A stretch of DNA of 59,260 nucleotides from an uncultured Clostridia bacterium (GCA_944392515.1 CALXWV010000003.1:1-59260), one strand, 5' to 3'. Counted from the stretch's first letter, positions 8,651-18,680 are shown. A program made the numbers and translations. Notes: generated by a model from the letters alone, not told the origin.

Positions 8651-10330
8651 ATGAATAAAAAATGGAAGCTTAAAGAAAACAATAATGATAGAATTGCAGA
8701 TATTTCAAAAAAGTTCAATCTTACATATATAGTTTCACAAAAATTAGCTGAAAAAAATTTATCTGATGAAGAAATAAAGGTCTTTTTAAATCCTACTAGA
8801 AAAGATTTCCATAATCCATTTGAACTTCCAGATATGGAAAAAGCAGTAGATAGAATTTTAGAAGCTATGGATAAAAAAGAAAAGATAGTTGTATATGGAG
8901 ATTATGATGCAGATGGAATAACGAGTACAACAATTATAAAAAGGTTTATGCAAGATAGAGGTATAGATGTAGGAACATATATACCAAATAGATTAGATGA
9001 AGGATATGGTTTAAATGAAGAAGCTATTAAAGAAATAGCAAGTGAAGGATATAATCTGATGGTAACTGTTGACTGTGGAATTACAGCAGTTAAAGAAGTA
9101 GAACTTGCTAAAAAATTAGGTATAGATGTGGTAATTACAGATCATCATGAAGTACCAGAAGAATTACCTAAAGCAATTGCAGTAGTAGATGCAAAAAGAA
9201 AAGATAATAAATATCCTTTTAATGGCCTTGCTGGATGTGGAGTTGCTTTTAAATTAATACAAGCATTAAGTATAAAGTTAAATTTAAATGAGAATGAGTG
9301 GTTAAAATATATAGATATTGCTTGTATTGGAACAATCTCAGATATAGTTCCACTTATTGATGAAAACAGAGTAATTGCAAAATTAGGGTTAATGCTTGCA
9401 AAAGTTACAAGAAATATAGGTCTTAAAACTTTAATAGATATGATAGGTGTCAAAAAAATAGATTCAACATTTATTTCATTTGGTATTTCACCAAGAATAA
9501 ATGCTTGTGGAAGAATGGGACACCAAGAAGATGCATTAGCTCTATTTTTAACAAATGATCCAATTGAAGCAAGAAACTTAGCTAGTAAATTAGAAGAATA
9601 TAATAGGCAAAGACAAGATGTTGAAAAGAAAATATATAATGAAGCCTTAGAACTTACAGAAAAAGAAAAAGAAGAGCCTTGCATTGTTATAGGAAAAGAA
9701 GGCTGGCACCATGGTGTTATAGGAATTGTATCATCAAAAATAACTGATCTTACATATAAACCAAGCATATTAATTTGTTTTGAAGGAGAAGATTCTAAAG
9801 GGTCAGGTAGAAGCATACCAGGTTTTGATATTCATGATGCAGTATATAATTGCAAAGATTATTTAACAGCCTGTGGTGGACATAGTATGGCAATTGGTTT
9901 AAGCCTAAAAACTAAAAATTTTGAGCCTTTTAAAAAAGCAATTATAGAATATGCTAAAACAAAAAATATAGAAAGCTTAGTTCCAGAACTCTTAATAGAT
10001 GAAGAAATAAATTCAGAAAATATTAATATAAGCCAAATAGATCAAATATCTCTATTAGAGCCATTTGGAGAAAGCAATAATATGCCAGTTATTCTATATA
10101 AAAATTTAAAAATAATATCTATTAGAACTTTAGCTGATGGAAAACATTTGAAATTAGTTTTATTAGATGGCAATAATTATATAGATGCAATAGGATTTAG
10201 TATGGGAGAATTAGCAGAAAAATACCAAATCGGAGATAAAGTTGATGTGGTTGGAAATATAAGTGTAAATAGATTTAAAGACTTAGAAAATGTGCAGATT
10301 ACTTTAAAAGATATGAGGACAAGTATTTAA
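8651..10330 (+). CDS. recJ: single-stranded-DNA-specific exonuclease RecJ
   Basis: DHH motifs (VYGDYDADGITS, ITDHH) and a DHHA1 region (GGHSMAIG). Confidence 0.9.
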   Translation: MNKKWKLKENNNDRIADISKKFNLTYIVSQKLAEKNLSDEEIKVFLNPTRKDFHNPFELPDMEKAVDRILEAMDKKEKIVVYGDYDADGITSTTIIKRFMQDRGIDVGTYIPNRLDEGYGLNEEAIKEIASEGYNLMVTVDCGITAVKEVELAKKLGIDVVITDHHEVPEELPKAIAVVDAKRKDNKYPFNGLAGCGVAFKLIQALSIKLNLNENEWLKYIDIACIGTISDIVPLIDENRVIAKLGLMLAKVTRNIGLKTLIDMIGVKKIDSTFISFGISPRINACGRMGHQEDALALFLTNDPIEARNLASKLEEYNRQRQDVEKKIYNEALELTEKEKEEPCIVIGKEGWHHGVIGIVSSKITDLTYKPSILICFEGEDSKGSGRSIPGFDIHDAVYNCKDYLTACGGHSMAIGLSLKTKNFEPFKKAIIEYAKTKNIESLVPELLIDEEINSENINISQIDQISLLEPFGESNNMPVILYKNLKIISIRTLADGKHLKLVLLDGNNYIDAIGFSMGELAEKYQIGDKVDVVGNISVNRFKDLENVQITLKDMRTSI

Positions 10331-10393
10331 AAAATATATTATTAAAGAAAAATATAAGATTTTTATGAAAATTTAACATAAGGGGGAATGTAT

Positions 10394-12586
10394 ATGTCAG
10401 AAAATAAAGAGATTACAATAAAAGATGTTATTACAGAATTAAAAAAGCATAATAGAAAATCAGATTCAAAACTAATAATGAAAGCATATAATTATGCTGT
10501 ATCTCATCATGGTGACCAAAAACGAAAGTCAGGAGAACCATATATTATTCACCCTCTTAATGTAGCATATATATTATCTACTTTAGGGTTAGATGATGCA
10601 ACTATTTGTGCCGCTTTAATGCATGATTTAGCAGAAGATACTGATGTTACAATAGAAGATATTTCAAAGGATTTTAGTCCAGAGATTGCCGAAATGGTAA
10701 ATGGTGTTACTAAACTTGGAAAAATAAACTATGTTAGTGCAGAAGAACAACAAGTAGAAAATTACAGAAAAATGTTCCTAGCAATGGGAAAAGATATAAG
10801 AGTAATACTTATTAAATTAGCAGATAGACTTCATAATATGAGAACTTTAAAGTTCTTAACTCGAGATAGGCAAATAGCAAATGCGAAAGAAACAATGGAG
10901 TTATATGCACCTCTTGCTAATAGACTTGGTGTATATTCTTTAAAATGGGAACTTGAAGATTTAGCTTTTAAATATTTATATCCAGAAGAATTTAGAGAAC
11001 TTGTTTCTGGTATAGATAAAAAGAGGGAAGAGAGACTTAAATTTATTGACCAAATAAAAGATGAAATAAAAGTTAATTTAAAAAAAGAACATATAGAAGG
11101 TGAAATTACAGGAAGAGCTAAACATTTATATTCTATTTATAGAAAAATGCAAAGAGATAATAAAACACTAGATCAAATATATGATTTATTTGCTCTTAGA
11201 ATATTAGTAAACTCAGTAAAAGACTGTTATGCAGCCTTAGGCGTAGTTCATGAACTATATACACCAATGCCAGGCAGATTTAAAGATTATATCGCAGTTC
11301 CAAAGCCTAATATGTATCAATCACTTCATACAACTTTAATTGGACCAAATGGTACACCATTTGAAGTACAGATAAGAACATATAATATGCATAGAATTGC
11401 TGAATTTGGTATTGCAGCACACTGGGCATATAAAGAGTCTAGTTTCTTAAAAGGAAAGAAAACAAATGTAATAGTTACAGAAGATAAACTTGCATGGCTA
11501 AGAGAAAGCTTAGAGTGGCAAAAAGATATGCAAGATCCACAAGAGTTCTTAAAAACTCTTAAGACTGAACTTTTTGAAGATGAAGTTTATGTATTTACTC
11601 CAAAAGGAGAAATAAAAACACTGCCTAAAGGAAGTACACCAATAGATTTTGCATATATGATACATGCTGAAATTGGTAATAAAATGGTTGGATGCAAAAT
11701 AAATAGCAAAATGATGCCAATTGTTACTAAGTTAAAAAGTGGAGATATTGTTGAAATTATTACTAATGATAACAGTAAAGGACCTAGTAGAGACTGGCTT
11801 AAATTTGTACAAAGTACATCTGCTAAAACTAAAATTCAACAATGGTTTAAGAAACATGAAAAACAACAAAATATTTCAAAAGGCAAAGATTTAATAGAAA
11901 AAGAAATAAAAAGAATAGGAATGGCTGAAGAAGAGTTATTTGTTCAAAAATATTACACACCAGCACTTCAAAGATATTCTTTTAAAACTCTAGATGATAT
12001 GTATGCAGCAGTTGGATTTGGTTCTATTACTGCAAATAAGATAATAGCAAGAACTTTAGAAGAATATAGAAAATTCCATAATGAAGAAAATGTTGAAGAA
12101 AAAATAGTTGAACTCCAATCTACTCCAAAGCAAAAATCTTCTAAAACTGGAATTATTGTAAAAGGTATAGATAACTGTTTAGTTAGACTTTCTAAATGTT
12201 GTAACCCAGTACCTGGTGATGAAATAATAGGGTATATTACAAGAGGTAGAGGAGTAACAATTCATCGTAAAGATTGCAAGAATGTAAAAGATTTACTAGA
12301 AGATGAAGGAAGAATTATAGATGTTTATTGGGACGAAAAGAAAGAATCTGCTTATAATGTAGATATAACTATTTTTGCAAATGATAGAGAAGGACTTTTA
12401 GCAGATGTTATAAAAGTTATTGGTAATACTAATGCAAGGTTAGTTGCTATTTCTGCTAAAGCAAGTAAAGAAAAAATAGCTACAGTAGAATTAACTCTAG
12501 AAGTAAAAAATATTGAAGATTTAACTAAAGCACAAAGAGAATTAGGAAAGATAGACAGTGTATATGATGTAAAACGTAAGAAATAA
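10394..12586 (+). CDS. relA: bifunctional (p)ppGpp synthetase/hydrolase RelA/SpoT
   Basis: HD hydrolase domain (HPLNVA...MHDLAEDT), synthetase domain (RAKHLYSIYRKM...DLFALRILV) and TGS and ACT domains. The second ATG (10394) has better spacing to the AGGGGG site than 10388. Confidence 0.95.
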   Translation: MSENKEITIKDVITELKKHNRKSDSKLIMKAYNYAVSHHGDQKRKSGEPYIIHPLNVAYILSTLGLDDATICAALMHDLAEDTDVTIEDISKDFSPEIAEMVNGVTKLGKINYVSAEEQQVENYRKMFLAMGKDIRVILIKLADRLHNMRTLKFLTRDRQIANAKETMELYAPLANRLGVYSLKWELEDLAFKYLYPEEFRELVSGIDKKREERLKFIDQIKDEIKVNLKKEHIEGEITGRAKHLYSIYRKMQRDNKTLDQIYDLFALRILVNSVKDCYAALGVVHELYTPMPGRFKDYIAVPKPNMYQSLHTTLIGPNGTPFEVQIRTYNMHRIAEFGIAAHWAYKESSFLKGKKTNVIVTEDKLAWLRESLEWQKDMQDPQEFLKTLKTELFEDEVYVFTPKGEIKTLPKGSTPIDFAYMIHAEIGNKMVGCKINSKMMPIVTKLKSGDIVEIITNDNSKGPSRDWLKFVQSTSAKTKIQQWFKKHEKQQNISKGKDLIEKEIKRIGMAEEELFVQKYYTPALQRYSFKTLDDMYAAVGFGSITANKIIARTLEEYRKFHNEENVEEKIVELQSTPKQKSSKTGIIVKGIDNCLVRLSKCCNPVPGDEIIGYITRGRGVTIHRKDCKNVKDLLEDEGRIIDVYWDEKKESAYNVDITIFANDREGLLADVIKVIGNTNARLVAISAKASKEKIATVELTLEVKNIEDLTKAQRELGKIDSVYDVKRKK

Positions 12587-12667
12587 TTGTTAGATAGTTA
12601 TACACAAGAAAGAAAATAAATAATTCTATGATAAAAATATTATAAAAAACAAAAGAAAGGAAAAATC

Positions 12668-13297
12668 ATGATACTAAAGCAAATTGAAGTAAAATCAAGT
12701 TTAATAGATGATTACACAAATTGTTATATCATGCAAGATGAAGAAACAAAAGAAACAATATGTATAGATCCAGGTGGAGAAATAAATAAAATAGAAGATA
12801 TGCTAGAAATACTAAATGCAAAGTTAAAGTATATATATTTAACTCATTCACATTTAGACCATATAGAAAAAGCACAAGAGCTTAAAGAAAAATATGGTGG
12901 AGAAATATTGATTAGTAGATTAGGCGAGGAAAATATAAATAATAGCGAAATTAACCTTTCAAATATGATAGGAAAAGATATTTATACTAAAGTAGATGCA
13001 AGAGTAGATGATAAAGATATTTTGCATGTAGGATGCATAGAATTAGAAGTTATATCAACACTAGGACATACTAACGATGGAACAAGTTTATATTGTAAAG
13101 AAGAAGGAATAGTATTTACTGGAGATACTTTAATGTATATGGGATATGGAAGAACAGATTTTCCGACAGGTAGCACAAAAGAACTAAAAAAATCTCTAAA
13201 AAGATTATTTACATTACCAGATGAAACATTTGTATATCCAGGACATGGCATTGCAACTACAATTATGGATGAGAAAAGTAGGAGCTGTAAATTATAA
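12668..13297 (+). CDS. MBL-fold metallo-hydrolase
   Basis: HSHLDH (HxHxDH) motif, downstream GHT and PGHG motifs, ~210 aa. Confidence 0.8.
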   Translation: MILKQIEVKSSLIDDYTNCYIMQDEETKETICIDPGGEINKIEDMLEILNAKLKYIYLTHSHLDHIEKAQELKEKYGGEILISRLGEENINNSEINLSNMIGKDIYTKVDARVDDKDILHVGCIELEVISTLGHTNDGTSLYCKEEGIVFTGDTLMYMGYGRTDFPTGSTKELKKSLKRLFTLPDETFVYPGHGIATTIMDEKSRSCKL

Positions 13298-13393
13298 AAT
13301 AATGATTGATAAAATTGTATAATTAAAAAATAAAATATAAAATAAGTATGAAAAATTTTAATAAAGAGATTAAAAATTAAGAAAGGAGTAAGT

Positions 13394-14641
13394 ATGATTC
13401 AAAAATTAAAAGGTACAAGAGATATATTGCCTGAAGAAGTTGAAACTTGGCAATATATCGAAGGAATAGCAAAAGAATTATTTGAAAAATATGGATATAA
13501 AGAAATAAGAACACCTGTAATTGAAAGCTTAGACCTATTTCAGAGAGGTGTAGGTGAAACAACAGATGTAGTACAAAAAGAAATGTACAATTTTGAAGAT
13601 AAAGGTGGAAGAAAAATTGCCCTAAGACCAGAAGGAACCGCTGGAGTTGTTAGAGCATATATTGAAAATGGACTATCTAGTGAACCATCTCCAATAAAAC
13701 TATGGTACAAAATGTCTATGTACAGATATGAAAATGTACAAAAGGGTAGACAAAGAGAATTTAATCAAATAGGAGTAGAATTATTTGGTTCAGATTCATA
13801 TATGGCAGATGTAGAAATAATACAAATGTGCAATAAATTTTTTGAAAAATTAAATATTAAAGATATTGAATTAAATATCAATAGCATAGGATGCCCTAAA
13901 TGTAGGGAAAGCTACAAAGAAGCTTTAAAAGAATATATTAGACCTAATTTAGATAAATACTGTGATACTTGCAAAACTAGATTTGAAAAAAATACTATGA
14001 GAATACTAGATTGCAAAGAAGAAAATTGCAAAAGATTAAATCAAAATGCACCAAGAATTTTAGATTATTTATGCGAAGAATGTAAAACACATTTTGAAAA
14101 TGTAAAAAATGCTTTAAATGAATTAGGTATTACGTACAAAGTAGATAGTAATATTGTAAGAGGTCTAGATTATTACACTAAAACAGTATTTGAATTTGTA
14201 TCTAGAATAGATGGTTTAACTGTACTTGGTGGCGGAAGATATGATGGCTTAGCAGAAGAATTAGGTGGAGCTAAAACTCCAGCTATAGGTTTTGCAACTG
14301 GTATGGAAAGACTAATTGATGTATTTAAAGCAAATAATAAAGAATTAGATTTAGAAAAAAATATGCAAGTATTTGTTGCATATTTAGGAGATAAAGCTAA
14401 TCTATATGCTACAAAATATGTAGAACTTCTTAGAGATAATGGAATATATGCTGAAAAAGATATAATGGGAAGAAGCCTCAAAGCACAACTAAAATATGCA
14501 GACAAGAAAAAAGCAAAATATGTTTTAACAGTTGGAGATAATGAAATTGAAAGTAAAAAAGCTCCTTTAAAAAATATGGAAACAGGTGAAATTTTACAAA
14601 TAGATTTAGAAGAAATTCAAGAATTTTTAAAAATATTTTAA
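13394..14641 (+). CDS. hisS: histidine--tRNA ligase
   Basis: Class II motifs (KGTRDILPEE, LRPEGTAGVVRAY, RQREFNQIG, GGGRYDGL) and good GGAG spacing. Confidence 0.95.
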   Translation: MIQKLKGTRDILPEEVETWQYIEGIAKELFEKYGYKEIRTPVIESLDLFQRGVGETTDVVQKEMYNFEDKGGRKIALRPEGTAGVVRAYIENGLSSEPSPIKLWYKMSMYRYENVQKGRQREFNQIGVELFGSDSYMADVEIIQMCNKFFEKLNIKDIELNINSIGCPKCRESYKEALKEYIRPNLDKYCDTCKTRFEKNTMRILDCKEENCKRLNQNAPRILDYLCEECKTHFENVKNALNELGITYKVDSNIVRGLDYYTKTVFEFVSRIDGLTVLGGGRYDGLAEELGGAKTPAIGFATGMERLIDVFKANNKELDLEKNMQVFVAYLGDKANLYATKYVELLRDNGIYAEKDIMGRSLKAQLKYADKKKAKYVLTVGDNEIESKKAPLKNMETGEILQIDLEEIQEFLKIF

Positions 14642-14699
14642 TTAAAATTTTATATAAATAATATATTGACTTGCTTGACGAAATATAGTATAGTAATAT

Positions 14700-14846
14700 G
14701 CATAGGAAATGATATAAGCAGTGTGGGTGCTACCACCTTACATACACAGTACATAGCTATTGCCTTGATTATTGCGATAGTAGTAATTTTGAGCAAATAA
14801 TAAAAAAGCACCACATTACGCTTCGCCAAGCTATGTGGTGTTTTTA
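14700..14846 (+). pseudogene. internally deleted copy of the small hydrophobic-peptide (type I toxin-like) transcription unit
   Basis: Promoter TTGACT (14666-14671), 17-nt spacer, TATAGT (14689-14694). The leader is nearly identical to the minus-strand leader at 47640-47700. Only the last 15 codons (IAIALIIAIVVILSK*, stop 14798-14800) remain. The SD, ATG and first ~21 codons are missing. Terminator at 14808-14840. Confidence 0.45.
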
Positions 14847-14889
14847 CCATAAAATTTAGGTAGCACACATTTCTGTGGCTTCATTTCCT
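14802..14889 (-). ncRNA. convergent small RNA (antitoxin-like) of the degenerate locus
   Basis: Minus-strand TTGACA (14919-14924), 17-nt spacer, TATAAT (14896-14901). The transcript ends at the shared bidirectional terminator (CACCACAT/ATGTGGTG, 14809-14840) plus a T-run. The architecture parallels 47431-47512. Confidence 0.4.
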
Positions 14890-14984
14890 ATAATTATTAT
14901 ACATACTTTTAATATATTTGTCAATGAAATTTCGCACTAATATGTGAAAAAGGTTAAAAATTGTAATTTAGAAAAGGATGAAAT

Positions 14985-16304
14985 ATGTATAATTTATTAG
15001 TTATAATATTTGCTAAAATATTAAATGTATTTGCAAATATTTTATGCAAAATATTACATAAAGATAATGGAAATATGCTTGGAAAAATAGTAAAAAAGTT
15101 AAGTCCGGATATTTTAAAAAGTATAAAAATAGATTGCCCAGTAATTGCTGTAACAGCTACTAACGGAAAAACTACAACTAATAATGCTATTAGATATATG
15201 CTTGAGAAAAATGGTAAAAAGATAGTAAGTAATAAAGAGGGAAACAATATGGAAACAGGAATTATTACTACCTTAATAAAAAATTGTACTCTAACTGGCA
15301 AAATAAAGGCAGATTTTGTAACTTTTGAAGTAGATGAAAGTTATGTACCAATTATATTTAAAAAGATACCACTAAATACATTAGTAGTTTTAAACTTTTT
15401 TAGAGATCAATTAGATAGGAATGGTGAAGTTGAAAGTTTAATATTAAAAATAAATGAGTTTTTAAAAACTTATGAAGGAAATTTAATATTAAATAATGAT
15501 GATCCAAATGTTGCAAGACTAGGAAGAGCAAATGAAAACAACAAAAATGTTTATTACTTTAGTGTAGACAGATATAAATACGCAAAAGATTATCAAACTG
15601 AGGCAGGTGAAGGAAAATTCTGCCCATTTGATAAAACAAAATTAGAGTATGAATACTACCAATATTCACATATAGGAAAATATAAATGTCCTAAATGTGG
15701 TTATGGTAAAGAAATACTATTTACAGAAATAAAAGATATTGACTTAGAAAATAAAACTTTCAAAGAAAGTGATAAAAATTACGAAACTTTAGCTAACAAT
15801 ATTTATTCTGTATACAATTATGCAGCAGTAATAAGCGTCGCAAAATTATATGGATTAGATGCTATTGAAGCTTTAAAAACATTTAAACTAGATAATGGTA
15901 GAGCAGAAGATGTAAAAGTAAAAGACTGTGAAACAATAATAAATTTAGCTAAGAATCCAACAGGAGCAAATGTATCACTAAGAACTCTAAATGAAGATAA
16001 AGATGAAAAAGAGCTATTATTTGTATTGAATGATAATTCTGCAGATGGACATGATGTATCTTGGATATGGGACATTAACTTTGATGTAAAAAATGTAACT
16101 AGAATAATTACATCAGGTACTAGAGCTTATGATATGGCTATAAGAATAAAAACAAGTGGATTTGATATAGATAAAATCGAAGCATATTTAGATTTAAAAG
16201 AAGCGGTAAATTCTTTATATAAAACTAAAACAAAAAAATACGTGATTGCTAATTATACGGCTTTACAGCCAATAAGGAGAGAAATATTTAATGAAAGAAC
16301 TTAA
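14985..16304 (+). CDS. murT: lipid II isoglutaminyl synthase subunit MurT (Mur ligase family)
   Basis: Mur-ligase P-loop AVTATNGKTTT, a Cys4 ribbon (CPFD...CPKC), a DUF1727-like C-terminus, and overlap with the gatD partner. Confidence 0.85.
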   Translation: MYNLLVIIFAKILNVFANILCKILHKDNGNMLGKIVKKLSPDILKSIKIDCPVIAVTATNGKTTTNNAIRYMLEKNGKKIVSNKEGNNMETGIITTLIKNCTLTGKIKADFVTFEVDESYVPIIFKKIPLNTLVVLNFFRDQLDRNGEVESLILKINEFLKTYEGNLILNNDDPNVARLGRANENNKNVYYFSVDRYKYAKDYQTEAGEGKFCPFDKTKLEYEYYQYSHIGKYKCPKCGYGKEILFTEIKDIDLENKTFKESDKNYETLANNIYSVYNYAAVISVAKLYGLDAIEALKTFKLDNGRAEDVKVKDCETIINLAKNPTGANVSLRTLNEDKDEKELLFVLNDNSADGHDVSWIWDINFDVKNVTRIITSGTRAYDMAIRIKTSGFDIDKIEAYLDLKEAVNSLYKTKTKKYVIANYTALQPIRREIFNERT

Positions 16305-17031
16305 ATTATTATATTTATACCCAGATATGCTAGAACTTTATGGAGATTATGGTAATATACAGGTACTTAAATATAGAATGAAAAAAAGAGGTATTAATTT
16401 AATTGTAGATAGATATACTATAGGAGATAAAGCTCCAGATTTTACTTCTTATGATATTGTATTTGCAGGTGGAGGAGCAGATAATGAGCAAAGTATTTTA
16501 TCTACAGATTTAATAAAATATAGAGACAACATAAAAGAGGCAGTAAAAGAAAAAGTTTTCTTTTTATTAATTTGCGGATCATATCAACTATTTGGTAAAT
16601 ATTATAAAGGTGTTGAAGGCAATATTATACCAGGTTTAGAAGTATTTGATTATTATACCGTAGCACAGCCAGATAGAAAGAAAAGATGCATAGGAAATAT
16701 AGTTTTAGATGTAAATTTAGGTGATACAGAAACAAAAGTAATTGGTTTTGAAAACCATGGTGGACAAACTTTTGATATAGATTCACCATTTGGAAAAGTT
16801 TTATATGGAAACGGTAATAAGTTTGGAGATAGTGAAGAAGGATTCTTTAAAGAAAATATAATTGCAACATATCTTCATGGACCACTTCTTTCTAAAAATC
16901 CGGTTTTAGCTGATTATATTATTTCTTATTGCTTAGAAAGAAAGTATAATGAAAAAATAGGGCTAGAAAAATTAGATGATACTTTTGAAGAAAAATGTAG
17001 AGAACAATTATTAAAAGAGTTACTTAAATAG
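16291..17031 (+). CDS. gatD: lipid II isoglutaminyl synthase glutaminase subunit GatD (CobQ-type amidotransferase)
   Basis: YLYPDMLELYGDYGN N-terminus, LLICGSYQLFG nucleophile Cys, YLHGPLLSKNP His motif, translationally coupled to murT. Confidence 0.85.
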   Translation: MKELKLLYLYPDMLELYGDYGNIQVLKYRMKKRGINLIVDRYTIGDKAPDFTSYDIVFAGGGADNEQSILSTDLIKYRDNIKEAVKEKVFFLLICGSYQLFGKYYKGVEGNIIPGLEVFDYYTVAQPDRKKRCIGNIVLDVNLGDTETKVIGFENHGGQTFDIDSPFGKVLYGNGNKFGDSEEGFFKENIIATYLHGPLLSKNPVLADYIISYCLERKYNEKIGLEKLDDTFEEKCREQLLKELLK

Positions 17032-17078
17032 AATATATTAAAAACCCCCGCTGATCTGTTGATTGGCGGGGTAAAGGT

Positions 17079-17474
17079 TTAGATAGAATCCAGTTCCTTT
17101 AAAGTAGTGATAATTTCCCAAAAGAGCTCGGCTTTATCCTTATCAGATGCATTTACGTTGAGAGTAATTTTCTGAGCATCAAAATTAAATTCGATTACCT
17201 TATTGCCGATGCAAACTTGCGATTGTTTTTTGGTAAAATCGATATTATTCATATCGAAGCTACCAGAAGACTCCGGAATGATATCCCGCAAGATATCAAG
17301 GAAAAACCTCTTGGTAACCTCGAATGGTTGAGAGCCGAGTAAGTGTATTTTCATAACACGGTCTGCAAAAGCATCAAGTGTTATGCTAACGGGTAAAATA
17401 TCGCTATCTAAGCGATATTTTATCCGAAAGTGGGCTCCACTAACTTGAAAAAACTTAAAATCCATTTTTTTCAT
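17079..17474 (-). CDS. hypothetical protein (131 aa) in a GC-elevated islet
   Basis: ORF with non-host composition (hand-counted blocks 37-47% GC). A GC-rich hairpin (CCCCGC/GCGGGG, 17046-17071) plus T-run lies downstream on the minus strand. No motif recognised. Confidence 0.5.
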   Translation of the reverse strand: MKKMDFKFFQVSGAHFRIKYRLDSDILPVSITLDAFADRVMKIHLLGSQPFEVTKRFFLDILRDIIPESSGSFDMNNIDFTKKQSQVCIGNKVIEFNFDAQKITLNVNASDKDKAELFWEIITTLKELDSI

Positions 17475-17760
17475 CCTTTCCTAATTCACAAATGTGATTT
17501 AATCAAAATTCAGTATACCATAAAGACATAAAAAAGTAAAGCCATTAATTTTCTAAAGGTATTAGCTTGAAAAAAAGTAAATTAAAACAAAATTTTTAGA
17601 AATTATAATCAATACAAGATTAACATAAAATATTAACTAATTTGATTTTTATCGCTTTTTGTGGTATAATTAATTAACTTTGGTAGAAGGAGGATCAAAG
17701 TTGATCTAATTAGAAAAAAACAAAAAATAACAAAATGTACAACATGAGGAGAGAAGTGAC

Positions 17761-18624
17761 ATGAAAAAAGCTTCAATTTTAAGCCTAGTCCGGGACTGTG
17801 ACAGAAGCCCTTCTGAGCATCAAGCTCGTAAGCAAATTTATTCCGAATCTGCGAGGGATTTGAGGACATCCATCCTTTCCATGCTCGGGAGGGAGAATCT
17901 CAAAGATTTTCTTTCTAACGGTAACTATCCTTTACTGGATGTTATCAAAACGAGAAATCAGTTCGCATTGGCGAATGATCCGCGCTGGAAAGATAAGAGC
18001 TTTGGCGCTGTCGGACTGATGGGGCAAGCTGGCTGCTTAGTCTATGCAACATACAATATGTTGTATCTGGCTAATATGATTGATGAAGAGACATCAGTTC
18101 CTGCAATTCAGAAAACTGTAGAAAGTAAAGGATACCGCATGTGGCGGTTTTCCGACCGGGAAGAGGCCTTAAATTGGCCGGAGGTAACTCTGGACAAGAT
18201 TAAGGCAAAATACTCTGAGATGGAATGTGTGCAAAAGTGCACATCAGTCGAAGATGCCGAGACAATCCTGGGAAAGCCTCGCGGAATCGGTGGAAGTATG
18301 TACTTCCTCGATGAGGTTATCGCAATTGCCTTTAAAATGAAGGCTTATGATGATACCCGCATTTGGACTACGTTAAGGCTCATTGATAACCTGCAAATGG
18401 GAATCCCGGTTCCCATTCGGGTAAACAACCGGATCTACTGGAATACTGAGGATATGGAAGGCGGTCACTACACCATTTTGGTTGGATTTGACCAAGATGG
18501 CAATGCTGTCTTGGTTGATAGCCACTATGAAGAGGGTATTTATAAATGCCCGTATGACAGATTCTTTAAAGCTGTCGTACAAGACCCCGGTCATATCTCT
18601 GCATGGAATTTGCGGAGATACTGA
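17761..18624 (+). CDS. papain-fold cysteine peptidase candidate (peptidase C39-like)
   Basis: Candidate catalytic Cys in LMGQAGCLVYATYNML and His in EGGHYTILVGFDQDGNAVLVDSH, the pattern of C39_2-type peptidases. No signal peptide. The RBS GAGGAG precedes the ATG. Confidence 0.5.
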   Translation: MKKASILSLVRDCDRSPSEHQARKQIYSESARDLRTSILSMLGRENLKDFLSNGNYPLLDVIKTRNQFALANDPRWKDKSFGAVGLMGQAGCLVYATYNMLYLANMIDEETSVPAIQKTVESKGYRMWRFSDREEALNWPEVTLDKIKAKYSEMECVQKCTSVEDAETILGKPRGIGGSMYFLDEVIAIAFKMKAYDDTRIWTTLRLIDNLQMGIPVPIRVNNRIYWNTEDMEGGHYTILVGFDQDGNAVLVDSHYEEGIYKCPYDRFFKAVVQDPGHISAWNLRRY

Positions 18625-18645
18625 TAAGCAGTAAATGATTCTCCA

Positions 18646-18680
18646 AACCGCGCCCCGTATATTGGGGCGCGGTTGTTATA
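18646..18680 (+). terminator. GC-rich intrinsic terminator of the islet gene
   Basis: 11-bp stem AACCGCGCCCC (18646-18656) / GGGGCGCGGTT (18664-18674) with loop GTATATT. Confidence 0.7.

Noticed and set aside
9145-9816. 223-aa minus-strand ORF, and similar antisense ORFs at 1537-1812, 6520-6798, 6813-7049, 7066-7254, 7285-7482, 7792-8326, 12982-13251, 13377-13562, 14173-14505, 14650-14868, 14954-15301, 15818-16075, 17633-17869, 18373-18594, 19637-19855, 23470-23955, 27329-27511, 28413-28598, 31033-31574, 32282-32740, 33169-33468, 36892-37086, 37884-38168, 38513-38695, 40116-40579, 42175-42375, 44208-44474, 46015-46227, 50837-51184, 52876-53118, 54918-55145, 55227-55487 and 56219-56461
   Set aside because: All lie antisense to, or overlap the starts of, well-supported conserved genes. 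They have low-complexity Leu/Ile/Phe/Ser-rich translations typical of shadow frames in AT-rich DNA, and they lack ribosome-binding sites.
13298-13393. T-box leader upstream of hisS (and of the alaS-like gene at 43379-43503)
   Set aside because: The intergenic regions are only ~95 and ~125 nt. They contain no specifier-loop/T-box (AATTAGGGTGGTACCGCG-like) sequence and no terminator/antiterminator pair.
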